Positions 56,081-63,317 of a stretch of DNA of 64,000 nt are shown here, piece by piece (the first letter of the stretch is position 1; every line of letters starts with the position of its first letter). The notes beneath the pieces were generated by a model. The model worked only from the letters and a program-made list of their open reading frames with translations, was not told where the DNA came from and ran no database searches. The position numbers and the translations under genes are program-made. Origin of the DNA: a virus (Duplodnaviria; Caudoviricetes); the IMG/VR virus record IMGVR_UViG_2700988794_000001, positions 45,559-109,558 of that record. One strand, given 5' to 3'.

Positions 56081-56404
56081 ATGGCCAAGTTTCATGTAGC
56101 GCTGGTGGAAGTTCCCTTCAGCAACGTCGCCTCCCCGCCTGTCTATGATTTCACGCCAATCTCGGAAGAGATCATTGATACGACCGTTAACAGCGGTGCA
56201 GGCACCATCTTCCCTCAGAGGGACAACCTTTATTGGGTCGTGACGCCTATTGATGGCAACGGCTGGGTTTCCCTCGGCAACTTCTCCGCCTCCGCGCCGC
56301 CCGCTGCCACTCCGGCCTCCCAGAAGGGTTGGCCCGTGTTCCAGGGCATCGAACGCGCCTGGAAGGCTCCGAAGCGTAAGCGTTTGGGCATCTTTGCATT
56401 CTAA
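56081..56404 (+). CDS. small beta-rich protein, paralog of 52027-52356
   Basis: MAKFHVALV..PVYD..EIIDT..LYW..DGNGWV..SQKGWPVF..IERAW..RLGIF. Confidence 0.75.
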   Translation: MAKFHVALVEVPFSNVASPPVYDFTPISEEIIDTTVNSGAGTIFPQRDNLYWVVTPIDGNGWVSLGNFSASAPPAATPASQKGWPVFQGIERAWKAPKRKRLGIFAF

Positions 56405-56416
56405 GGGAGAACGCCA

Positions 56417-58264
56417 ATGAGGGGTTTCTCCTTCGGCTTTGGTTTCAAAGCCAGCAAAAAGTTCACAGTGCCAGCACCTATCGTGGATGCGGATCGCTAC
56501 CTATTCTTTGCGACCCGCAACCGCATGGCCTCTGGCAACATCGTCACGGCGCTGACAGGCACGAACTATGTCTGCACCAAGATCGTCGTCAACTCGCCGT
56601 CCTATAAGACCAGGACGTTCAGGTTCCACCTGCCGGGCTTCGCCCTGACGGAAGGCGGCAACTCGCCGCAGGAAACCGTTGTGACTGGCGTGATCGGCAC
56701 CCCAGGCAACTCGGTACTGATTGACAGCATGTTCATGCGCGTCAACGGCGTCTTCTATCAGTGCAAGTTCGGCGGCAACAACACGGTCACCGTGGTTGAC
56801 CAGACGAACGGGCAGTGGACCGACGCGCTCACCATCCCGGACGTGGCCGCAGAGACACCTATCGAGCTTTGGCTGTTCTATCACACTGCCGTAGGCGAAA
56901 AGGTTTACCCGGTCTACCGCATCCAGAAGCATCGCGGCGAACGTGTTTGGGGCGCTTCCGACGCGGCCTCGCTGCTCGCTTATATGTCCGATCCCCTGGC
57001 AGCGAGCACGCCTGCCCTCGATACGAACTATGGACTTAGCTCACAGGTACAGTATTACGGGGCTGACTTCATGGTCGCTAAGGGCGATTGGGACGGAAGG
57101 CCCGTTGTCCTCGGCTTCGTGGACAGCCTTGGCGAAGCCCGTCAAGAGTACGGCATGGCAGCAGACGACCGTGGTAACCTCGGATGGCTTCGCAAGTGGC
57201 TCGATAAAAAGGCTGGTATCGGGCGTATCCCGCACTGCTTTATCGGTGTTCCGGGCGCAGGATCGGTTCGCGAGTACACCGGCACCGGTTCGGCTATTGC
57301 GACCCGTCGTCGCGATATCATCCGTGAGATCAAGGCGTTCAACAATAACGCTTGGCCGTTCACGGTCATCGGCAACCAGATGGGGCAGAACGATACCGGG
57401 GCGACCTATACGCAGTTCTTCACCACCAACTACCGGTCGCTGATCACTCGTCTCCGTGCCGAGTATCCAGGCCTCAAGATTGTCGCGTTCCCGCCGGTTG
57501 GCCGCACTTCCACGACACGCACCGTCACGCTCACCTCGTCCGGGACTGTGGTCACTGCGACCATCGCCTCCGGCATCAACGGGCTCGTAACCGGGCAGAC
57601 GGTATCCATCTCCGGCGCGACACAGACAGAGTATAACGGTAACGTGGTCATCACCGTGACGGGTCCGACCACCTTCACCTATAACTTCGCTGGATCGGCG
57701 ACTTCCCCGGCGACCGGTTCCATCACTGCGAACGACCTGGGTCTTCGTCCTGAGTTCCAGAGCTTCGCGGCAAACAACACGTGGCCAGCAGATGCTACGG
57801 ACGCTTCTGGCAAATGGCGTCTCCGCAACGACATCCTCGCCAAGACCTCGGCATGCTGCGACGATGCTATCGACACGTATGCCGCATGGGTATCCCCGAC
57901 AAGGGATGGCGTCTGGCCGGGCTTCCTGGAGTTGCCGAGCACGACGGTTACCGTGCAAGCGGGCACAGACGGCGTTGCCACCTACAACCAGATCACCGTG
58001 GCTGATGCCAGCATCTTTAAGCCGGAGCAGCAAATCAACATCTACACCGGCCCGAGCGGTGGTCTCGCTCGCTTGAGCACTCAGATCATCGGTTCCATTG
58101 TCGGCAACGTGATCACTTACCAGGGCTCCACGGCAGTAGTCCTTCCCGTGGGCAGCGTTGTTCGTCCGACAGCATCAATCGACATGGTGCACCCGCAGCC
58201 GATTATGGTTGATCGTATCGTGAACGGCATCCCCCAGACGCAAAAGACCAAGCTGGCTGCTTAA
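56417..58264 (+). CDS. SGNH/GDSL hydrolase-domain fibre-like protein with FGFGF leader
   Basis: VDSLG, GQND and DMVHP catalytic blocks; inserted Thr-rich beta domain GLVTGQTVSISGATQTEYNG. Confidence 0.75.
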   Translation: MRGFSFGFGFKASKKFTVPAPIVDADRYLFFATRNRMASGNIVTALTGTNYVCTKIVVNSPSYKTRTFRFHLPGFALTEGGNSPQETVVTGVIGTPGNSVLIDSMFMRVNGVFYQCKFGGNNTVTVVDQTNGQWTDALTIPDVAAETPIELWLFYHTAVGEKVYPVYRIQKHRGERVWGASDAASLLAYMSDPLAASTPALDTNYGLSSQVQYYGADFMVAKGDWDGRPVVLGFVDSLGEARQEYGMAADDRGNLGWLRKWLDKKAGIGRIPHCFIGVPGAGSVREYTGTGSAIATRRRDIIREIKAFNNNAWPFTVIGNQMGQNDTGATYTQFFTTNYRSLITRLRAEYPGLKIVAFPPVGRTSTTRTVTLTSSGTVVTATIASGINGLVTGQTVSISGATQTEYNGNVVITVTGPTTFTYNFAGSATSPATGSITANDLGLRPEFQSFAANNTWPADATDASGKWRLRNDILAKTSACCDDAIDTYAAWVSPTRDGVWPGFLELPSTTVTVQAGTDGVATYNQITVADASIFKPEQQINIYTGPSGGLARLSTQIIGSIVGNVITYQGSTAVVLPVGSVVRPTASIDMVHPQPIMVDRIVNGIPQTQKTKLAA

Positions 58265-58281
58265 CCCCTTGAAATGAATTG

Positions 58282-58302
58282 GCCCGCTTTCGCGGGCTTT
58301 TT
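58282..58302 (+). terminator. intrinsic terminator
   Basis: GCCCGC-TTTC-GCGGGC-TTTTT. Confidence 0.85.
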
Positions 58303-58313
58303 CACGTCACCGC

Positions 58314-58342
58314 TTGACAAAGGATTGGTTCTAGGTTACTTT
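58314..58342 (+). promoter_or_regulatory. phage promoter
   Basis: TTGACA-AAGGATTGGTTCTAGGT-TACTTT. Confidence 0.8.
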
Positions 58343-58417
58343 CACCTTGTCTAGGTAGTCCTGCCAAGTGAAGGGAAATGGAACAATGCAACGTGTTGCA
58401 CCGAAAGGGGAACGGGT

Positions 58418-58612
58418 ATGAGGGTTCTCGTTATTGATCAGCATGGCGAGAGCCGGACCTTTGAGGAGGCTGACATCGTCATCGAGCATCCGATGATGAT
58501 CATCGTGGATGTCGCGGGCATGCACCTCTATCCGCTCACGAACACCGTCTTTCACTGCGCTCCCGAGACGGAGAAGGACACGGATATCATCGCCAAGCTG
58601 GTGGAGGCATAA
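58418..58612 (+). CDS. hypothetical protein
   Basis: 64 aa, coupled to the next gene. Confidence 0.65.
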   Translation: MRVLVIDQHGESRTFEEADIVIEHPMMIIVDVAGMHLYPLTNTVFHCAPETEKDTDIIAKLVEA

Positions 58613-59046
58613 TGCTCGACCCTCTGACCATTGACCCTAAAGAACTCGGCTTCAGTTGGGTGGACGAGACCGGCAAGTACCGTTGCTGGATGACGGAACG
58701 GATGAACAGGTATGCCGAGCGCTACTTGAAGCCCATCGTTATCGAGGTGGATCACGACTACGCCAAGCACATATTCCGGGCATGCGGCATCGAACAGCAC
58801 AGGCTCCTCCGGATCACGCCCCAGGTGATCGCGCAGCGCCCCGTCCTCTACGTCGAGTTGGGCGACGGCAGTCATAAGCTCGTGGATGGCAACCACCGCT
58901 ACCTGAAGGCCTCGCTCCTGGGGTGGAAGGACGTTCCGGCGTACCTCTTCAAGAAGAAGCTGGCGGACGACTTCGAACTCGACATCCCGCCGCACATGAA
59001 CGAGAAGTGCAAGCAACACATCCCGTCCTTCTCCGGTATCCGCTAA
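58612..59046 (+). CDS. ParB/Srx N-terminal-like protein
   Basis: PVLYV..HKLVDGNHRY.KA..LG..VPAY. Confidence 0.75.
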   Translation: MLDPLTIDPKELGFSWVDETGKYRCWMTERMNRYAERYLKPIVIEVDHDYAKHIFRACGIEQHRLLRITPQVIAQRPVLYVELGDGSHKLVDGNHRYLKASLLGWKDVPAYLFKKKLADDFELDIPPHMNEKCKQHIPSFSGIR

Positions 59047-59483
59047 TGAGGTACGTCCGGCTCGATGACGATAAGGATCGGCAGAGCGTTGCTGATGCCA
59101 AAGCCGCCGAAGAGCGAAAGCTGAAGCGTAAGCAGGACAAACTGCTTAGGCAGCAGGAGATGGACCGCATCGCAGAGGAGGAGCGCCGCCGCGAAGAGGA
59201 AAAGTTCGCTCGTGCCCTGGAGCGCGAACGGCAGCAAGAGAATACCCGTGTCGAAGTCGTGGCCGCTCGCAAGACGCACATGGCCAAGAACGCTCCCTCC
59301 CTGCAAGAGCTTGCCGATAAAGACCAGTGGACGCCGGAAGACCTAGCCTATGTCCGATACTACATCGGAAGCTCATCCGCCTTCAGGGAAGGGGTGAGGC
59401 TTTCACGCATGAGGGGCAGCTACCACAACATAACACTTTACGGTAAGACGTTCGCCTGGGATGGTCTCGTTACGTCAAACTGA
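59046..59483 (+). CDS. hypothetical coiled-coil protein
   Basis: MRYVRLDD start overlaps the upstream stop. Confidence 0.7.
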   Translation: MRYVRLDDDKDRQSVADAKAAEERKLKRKQDKLLRQQEMDRIAEEERRREEEKFARALERERQQENTRVEVVAARKTHMAKNAPSLQELADKDQWTPEDLAYVRYYIGSSSAFREGVRLSRMRGSYHNITLYGKTFAWDGLVTSN

Positions 59484-59571
59484 AGTGAAACTTGTTGCAC
59501 GGCCTTTGTTTATGGTGTAGAAAACCCCTGCACAGTGCAAACCTACATCTGTTGACAACAGGAGACGACAC

Positions 59572-59922
59572 ATGAAGAACATCAATGCCAAGGGTGGTGC
59601 GGCGTTCGCACGTTCCTCCCGTGCCCGCGCAGCTTCCGATACCACCGACATTCAGGTTCTTGTCGCAGCCACGGCCAAGCGCTACGCGCTGAAGACCGGT
59701 GCCAAGTTCCTCGAAGTCAACCTGGACGTGACCACGCCGATCTACGCCAAGTTCGGCGGCAACACCGTCGTCGCTGCCGTCCCGGTCGCCGACGATATCA
59801 CGGGCACGGCTCCCTTCGTCGTCAAGTCCGGCGACACTCTGACCATCCCGGACGGCGTGACGCACGTCTCGCTGATCGCCTCGGCCAATACCGTCGTCAG
59901 CATCGCGTCCTTCAACCTCTAA
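59572..59922 (+). CDS. small beta-rich putative virion protein
   Basis: AGGAG RBS, strongly biased codons, own terminator. Confidence 0.6.
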   Translation: MKNINAKGGAAFARSSRARAASDTTDIQVLVAATAKRYALKTGAKFLEVNLDVTTPIYAKFGGNTVVAAVPVADDITGTAPFVVKSGDTLTIPDGVTHVSLIASANTVVSIASFNL

Positions 59923-59948
59923 TCCGGCCCCGGTTTTTCGTACCGGAT

Positions 59949-59974
59949 AGGGCGCTCTTCGGAGCGCCCTTTTT
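59949..59974 (+). terminator. intrinsic terminator
   Basis: AGGGCGCTC-TTCG-GAGCGCCCT-TTTT. Confidence 0.9.
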
Positions 59975-59976
59975 GT

Positions 59977-60026
59977 TGCAACTGTTGCAATGAGTTGTTG
60001 ACAAAGGATCGTGGTCACGTTACTTT
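59977..60026 (+). promoter_or_regulatory. 13-bp palindrome variant + phage promoter
   Basis: TTGACA 59998-AAGGATCGTGGTCACGT-TACTTT. Confidence 0.8.
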
Positions 60027-60056
60027 CCCAGGGTCTAGGTCAGAAGGAGAACCGAC

Positions 60057-60377
60057 GTGTTTGATGATTTCCTGAATAATCTGCAATCCTCGCTGTCCAT
60101 CGGCAAGATGGATGAGTTCTACGATTTCCATATCGCCAAGCTCCGCAACATGCAGGAAGGGCAGCGCCGCGCGCATATCTCCTCCATGAAGCATTCGCAG
60201 AAGCACGACTACAAGGCCGACCTCCGGCTCGTTATCACCGAAGATGACGACCTCCATCCCGGCCTTGATCCCTGGAAGCTGGAAAGCTACAACACGCCCG
60301 GCATTGCCGAAGCCATCCAGGCCGCAACGCAGATCGTTATCCGGCGCGGCGGCGTCGAACAGAAGGTCAAGGGATAA
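60057..60377 (+). CDS. hypothetical protein
   Basis: GGAGAACC leader. Confidence 0.7.
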   Translation: MFDDFLNNLQSSLSIGKMDEFYDFHIAKLRNMQEGQRRAHISSMKHSQKHDYKADLRLVITEDDDLHPGLDPWKLESYNTPGIAEAIQAATQIVIRRGGVEQKVKG

Positions 60378-60380
60378 GAC

Positions 60381-61118
60381 ATGAGAACCTACGCCATCGG
60401 AGACATCCACGGATGCCTCGACATGCTCGAAGAGGCCTTGGCCGACATCGCCTATGAAAGCAAAGGGGTGCCCTTCCGGATCGTCTTCCTTGGCGATTAC
60501 ATCGACCGTGGCCCGAATAACCGTGGCGTCCTGGAGCGCCTCATGGCCGGGCCACGGGAGGGGGAGGGCGACGAATGGGTCTGCCTGATGGGCAACCACG
60601 AGCACCTGATGCTTGGAGCCATGTCCGGTGAGGCGGCGTCCCTGAAGGGGTGGCTCTTGAACGGCGGCGACAAGACGCTGGACGAATACAAGACCGTCTA
60701 CAATACCGTGACGGGCCGCGACCAGATCGACGCCCAGGCTATGAAGCCGATGCTCGAATGGGTGCGGCAACTGCCCGTCCTTTATGACGACGGCGTGCGC
60801 TTCTTCGTCCACGCGATGATTGACCCGCGCTACCCTCTTGATCCGAGTGACGAGAGGCAGATGGAAGCGCTCCTGTGGCTTCATGTGCGGAAGAACCACC
60901 AGGAGAAACCATTCCAGCAAATCTATGGTCGGCAGGTGGTGCACGGGCATAGCCCGCAGCGCAGCGGACAAGTGTTCGCTACCGAGCACCGCGTCAACCT
61001 CGATACCGGCGCTGTCTTCGGCGGCGCTTTAACCTATGGGAGATGGGATGACGGGGAAGTCATGCCCTCCCTCAAACAGATCAGGGTAACAGATGAGCAA
61101 TACGCCGAACGCGCCTAA
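60381..61118 (+). CDS. Ser/Thr protein phosphatase-like metallophosphoesterase
   Basis: GDIHG, GDYIDRG, GNHE, FVHA, HGHS, DTGA. Confidence 0.92.
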   Translation: MRTYAIGDIHGCLDMLEEALADIAYESKGVPFRIVFLGDYIDRGPNNRGVLERLMAGPREGEGDEWVCLMGNHEHLMLGAMSGEAASLKGWLLNGGDKTLDEYKTVYNTVTGRDQIDAQAMKPMLEWVRQLPVLYDDGVRFFVHAMIDPRYPLDPSDERQMEALLWLHVRKNHQEKPFQQIYGRQVVHGHSPQRSGQVFATEHRVNLDTGAVFGGALTYGRWDDGEVMPSLKQIRVTDEQYAERA

Positions 61119-61398
61119 GAAGAGACTTGGCCGGAAGAAGATCGAAGAACTGCCCTCCGCCCCAGAGACAGTCATCCCGATGCAGCCGCCTGTCTTCGCG
61201 CAGGCCTACCAGCACCGGACATACGTGTTCTTCTATTATGAGACCGACGCGGGCGACACGGGCTTCAACAATACCATCGTCAACCTCTCCGGCATCCATA
61301 CAGTCCAGGAACTGGAAGCAGTGATCGGCGCGATCAAGCAGCAGCACCCAGACTATAAGGACATCCAGATCAGCAACCACTTCCCGGTCTACGCCTGA
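61093..61398 (+). CDS. hypothetical protein
   Basis: 101 aa, overlaps the phosphatase end. Confidence 0.65.
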   Translation: MSNTPNAPKKRLGRKKIEELPSAPETVIPMQPPVFAQAYQHRTYVFFYYETDAGDTGFNNTIVNLSGIHTVQELEAVIGAIKQQHPDYKDIQISNHFPVYA

Positions 61399-61619
61399 TG
61401 CAACTTGTTGCAACAAAAAGTTCTTGACCTTTTTGCCACCTGCTATATGTTCGTAATCAGTCCTCGACGGAACGGCTTGCCAAGTACGCGGGAGGGTAGA
61501 CAGGGGAAGGGCAGCTATAGATCGGCGACGATTTGGCTCCCATCGCCTCAAAACCTAAAGAGCCTCACCGAAGCCCCCCTCAAAAGGATAAGCTCAGTGG
61601 GGCTTTTTCATATCAGGTG

Positions 61620-61648
61620 TTGACAAAGGATCGGTTCTAGGTTAGATT
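61620..61648 (+). promoter_or_regulatory. phage promoter
   Basis: TTGACA-AAGGATCGGTTCTAGGT-TAGATT. Confidence 0.85.
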
Positions 61649-61672
61649 GTTGATAGTCTAATGGAGAGCCAG

Positions 61673-62284
61673 ATGCCAGATAATGCTGACGGAATAAGCC
61701 GCGCCGTTGAAGAGAAATGCGGCCCAACAGGTCTCGTCTCATGGTACTTGATGGCGGGCCTGATGTACTACCACTTCGATAACCCCATCCTGTCGGATGA
61801 GCGGTTCGACCAGATAGGCAAAACCTTGCTGGCGGCGTGGGACGACATAGTCCACAACCACAAGCACTTCGTGACCAAGGACGAATTGCAAGCAGGAAGT
61901 CTCTTCCTCAAGATCGAAGAGTTCCCGATGATGACGCGCGGCGCTGCTAACGCGGTCCTGACCGGGCTTGGCAAGAAGCTGACGCCGGAGCAACACGGCA
62001 ACCTGTTCTTCTCCGACTTCGTGCCGCCAGAGCGCATCCGGAACAATCCAGAGCTTTACACATACTTCACTCAGGGCGAGGTGAAGAAGTCGTGGCTCGA
62101 CATGCAGAAAGAGCGCCCCGTAGAGACGCCCAAGGCTGAAGAGGCCCCTGTGGTCGTTCGAACCCGCGTTCGCCCGTCTCCGGCCTCCCCTGTGCCCGAG
62201 ATAACCGTTAGGACGAGAACCCGTCCTGCCCCTGCCCCGGCAACCCCGGAAATCCAGGTCCGCACCCGCGTGAGGCCTCAGTGA
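61673..62284 (+). CDS. stand-alone NAD-ligase subdomain Ia-like protein with a repetitive C-terminal tail
   Basis: YYHFDNPILSDERFD motif; three V-R-T-R-x-R-P repeats. Confidence 0.7.
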   Translation: MPDNADGISRAVEEKCGPTGLVSWYLMAGLMYYHFDNPILSDERFDQIGKTLLAAWDDIVHNHKHFVTKDELQAGSLFLKIEEFPMMTRGAANAVLTGLGKKLTPEQHGNLFFSDFVPPERIRNNPELYTYFTQGEVKKSWLDMQKERPVETPKAEEAPVVVRTRVRPSPASPVPEITVRTRTRPAPAPATPEIQVRTRVRPQ

Positions 62285-62327
62285 CGCAGGGAACCGTGCA
62301 ACCTGTTGCACCTCAGATGGTGCGCCT

Positions 62328-62894
62328 GTGAGAAAGATCAAACTTGACCAACCTCACGAGCGGAGCAAGCCCGGCACCCGGCAAGCTTGGTTAGAGGCCA
62401 GCAAATCCGAGTTGATCTATGCGCTGGAGTGCTCACGCAGCCGCATTCGGCAGCTTGGAGACGAGAGCGAAAGGTATCGGCTTCGCTGGCATGATACCAT
62501 AGATGAGCGAAATGCCATCAAGAAGAGCAAGGACGAAACCGAGTGTCAGCTTTACGAGCAGATGGACACGACCATAGGCGCGCTCTATAACTCAGCCATG
62601 AATATGCCGGAGACCAGTCGATGGTCCTACGCCATGGTCGCGGTGCGAGCCCTGGAGATCATGATTGCAGAGTTCCACCAAGCGAACCCCGATCTGCGGC
62701 AGTACGATAAAGCCGCCAGCCGGTATGGCGCAGAGACCTTTTATGCTCTTTGCGTCTGCGCTCGCTTCCACCCGAAACCAGGAGACACTTCATACGTTCT
62801 ATATAGGAAGGGTATCGACTACTCTGACAGCGAGAACGCCTACGAGTATAGGGACATCCACGACACTATAGTGGACGAAATTTTCCCCGATTGA
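62328..62894 (+). CDS. hypothetical protein
   Basis: 188-aa ORF. Confidence 0.65.
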   Translation: MRKIKLDQPHERSKPGTRQAWLEASKSELIYALECSRSRIRQLGDESERYRLRWHDTIDERNAIKKSKDETECQLYEQMDTTIGALYNSAMNMPETSRWSYAMVAVRALEIMIAEFHQANPDLRQYDKAASRYGAETFYALCVCARFHPKPGDTSYVLYRKGIDYSDSENAYEYRDIHDTIVDEIFPD

Positions 62895-62919
62895 CAAAGG
62901 ATCGGTAGCAGGTTAGATT
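62891..62919 (+). promoter_or_regulatory. phage promoter
   Basis: TTGACA-AAGGATCGGTAGCAGGT-TAGATT. Confidence 0.8.
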
Positions 62920-62939
62920 GACAAGGTAAGGAGAACCGC

Positions 62940-63317
62940 ATGTGCAATTGCCCCAGGATGAAGGTAGGCAGAGATTTCGTCTACCTCATGAAAGTCATGA
63001 CGCATTCATCGGAATGCGCAGGTATCGACAACTTCATCGCCGAGCTTCCAGACCCGGTGTCGCTCATCACGCTCAGCCAGTGCGACGTTTCCCGGTGGCT
63101 GACGGCGACCAGCGTCTCTCTCTACGAGCAGACCGGCATCACCAATAATCGCTTCGTCTGTCAGAACGCGGAAGGCACCGTAGTGCTGACACCTGAAGGA
63201 TGCGAGTTCGTCCGGGACGGTCTCGCCAAGCAGGCCCTGGGACAGGAGACCGCCCACGCCGGGCCAAGCCACGCCATCCGTGATGGCCGGTTCCACTACG
63301 TCGAAGGTGTTCACTGA
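62940..63317 (+). CDS. hypothetical protein
   Basis: GGAGAACC leader. Confidence 0.65.
   Translation: MCNCPRMKVGRDFVYLMKVMTHSSECAGIDNFIAELPDPVSLITLSQCDVSRWLTATSVSLYEQTGITNNRFVCQNAEGTVVLTPEGCEFVRDGLAKQALGQETAHAGPSHAIRDGRFHYVEGVH

Larger units (their letters stand above)
290..62310. repeat. dispersed 14-bp palindrome family TGCAAC-NN-GTTGCA
   Basis: Exact copies start at 290, 2288, 5068, 8580, 10992, 14139, 15674, 19100, 20845, 23668, 25092, 26375, 27213, 27734, 28395, 28996, 29709, 30529, 31746, 34176, 35116, 38042, 39798, 41565, 43479, 45137, 48492, 51953, 56019, 58387, 61399, 62297; 1-nt-spacer copies at 45254, 47823, 50641, 53056, 59977; TGAAAC/GTTTCA variants at 16358, 33051, 36116, 37201, 59486. 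Confidence 0.95.

Noticed and set aside
953-58033. Long minus-strand ORFs (953-2224, 12290-13564, 21976-23550, 54274-55902 and others)
   Set aside because: Antisense shadows of GC-rich + strand genes with no recognisable motifs or RBS
290-62310. Palindrome as a known host box (alphaproteobacterial LexA GTTC-N7-GTTC, Mur/Fur, or canonical parS)
   Set aside because: Half-site spacing or orientation does not match; only a half-site resemblance to parS
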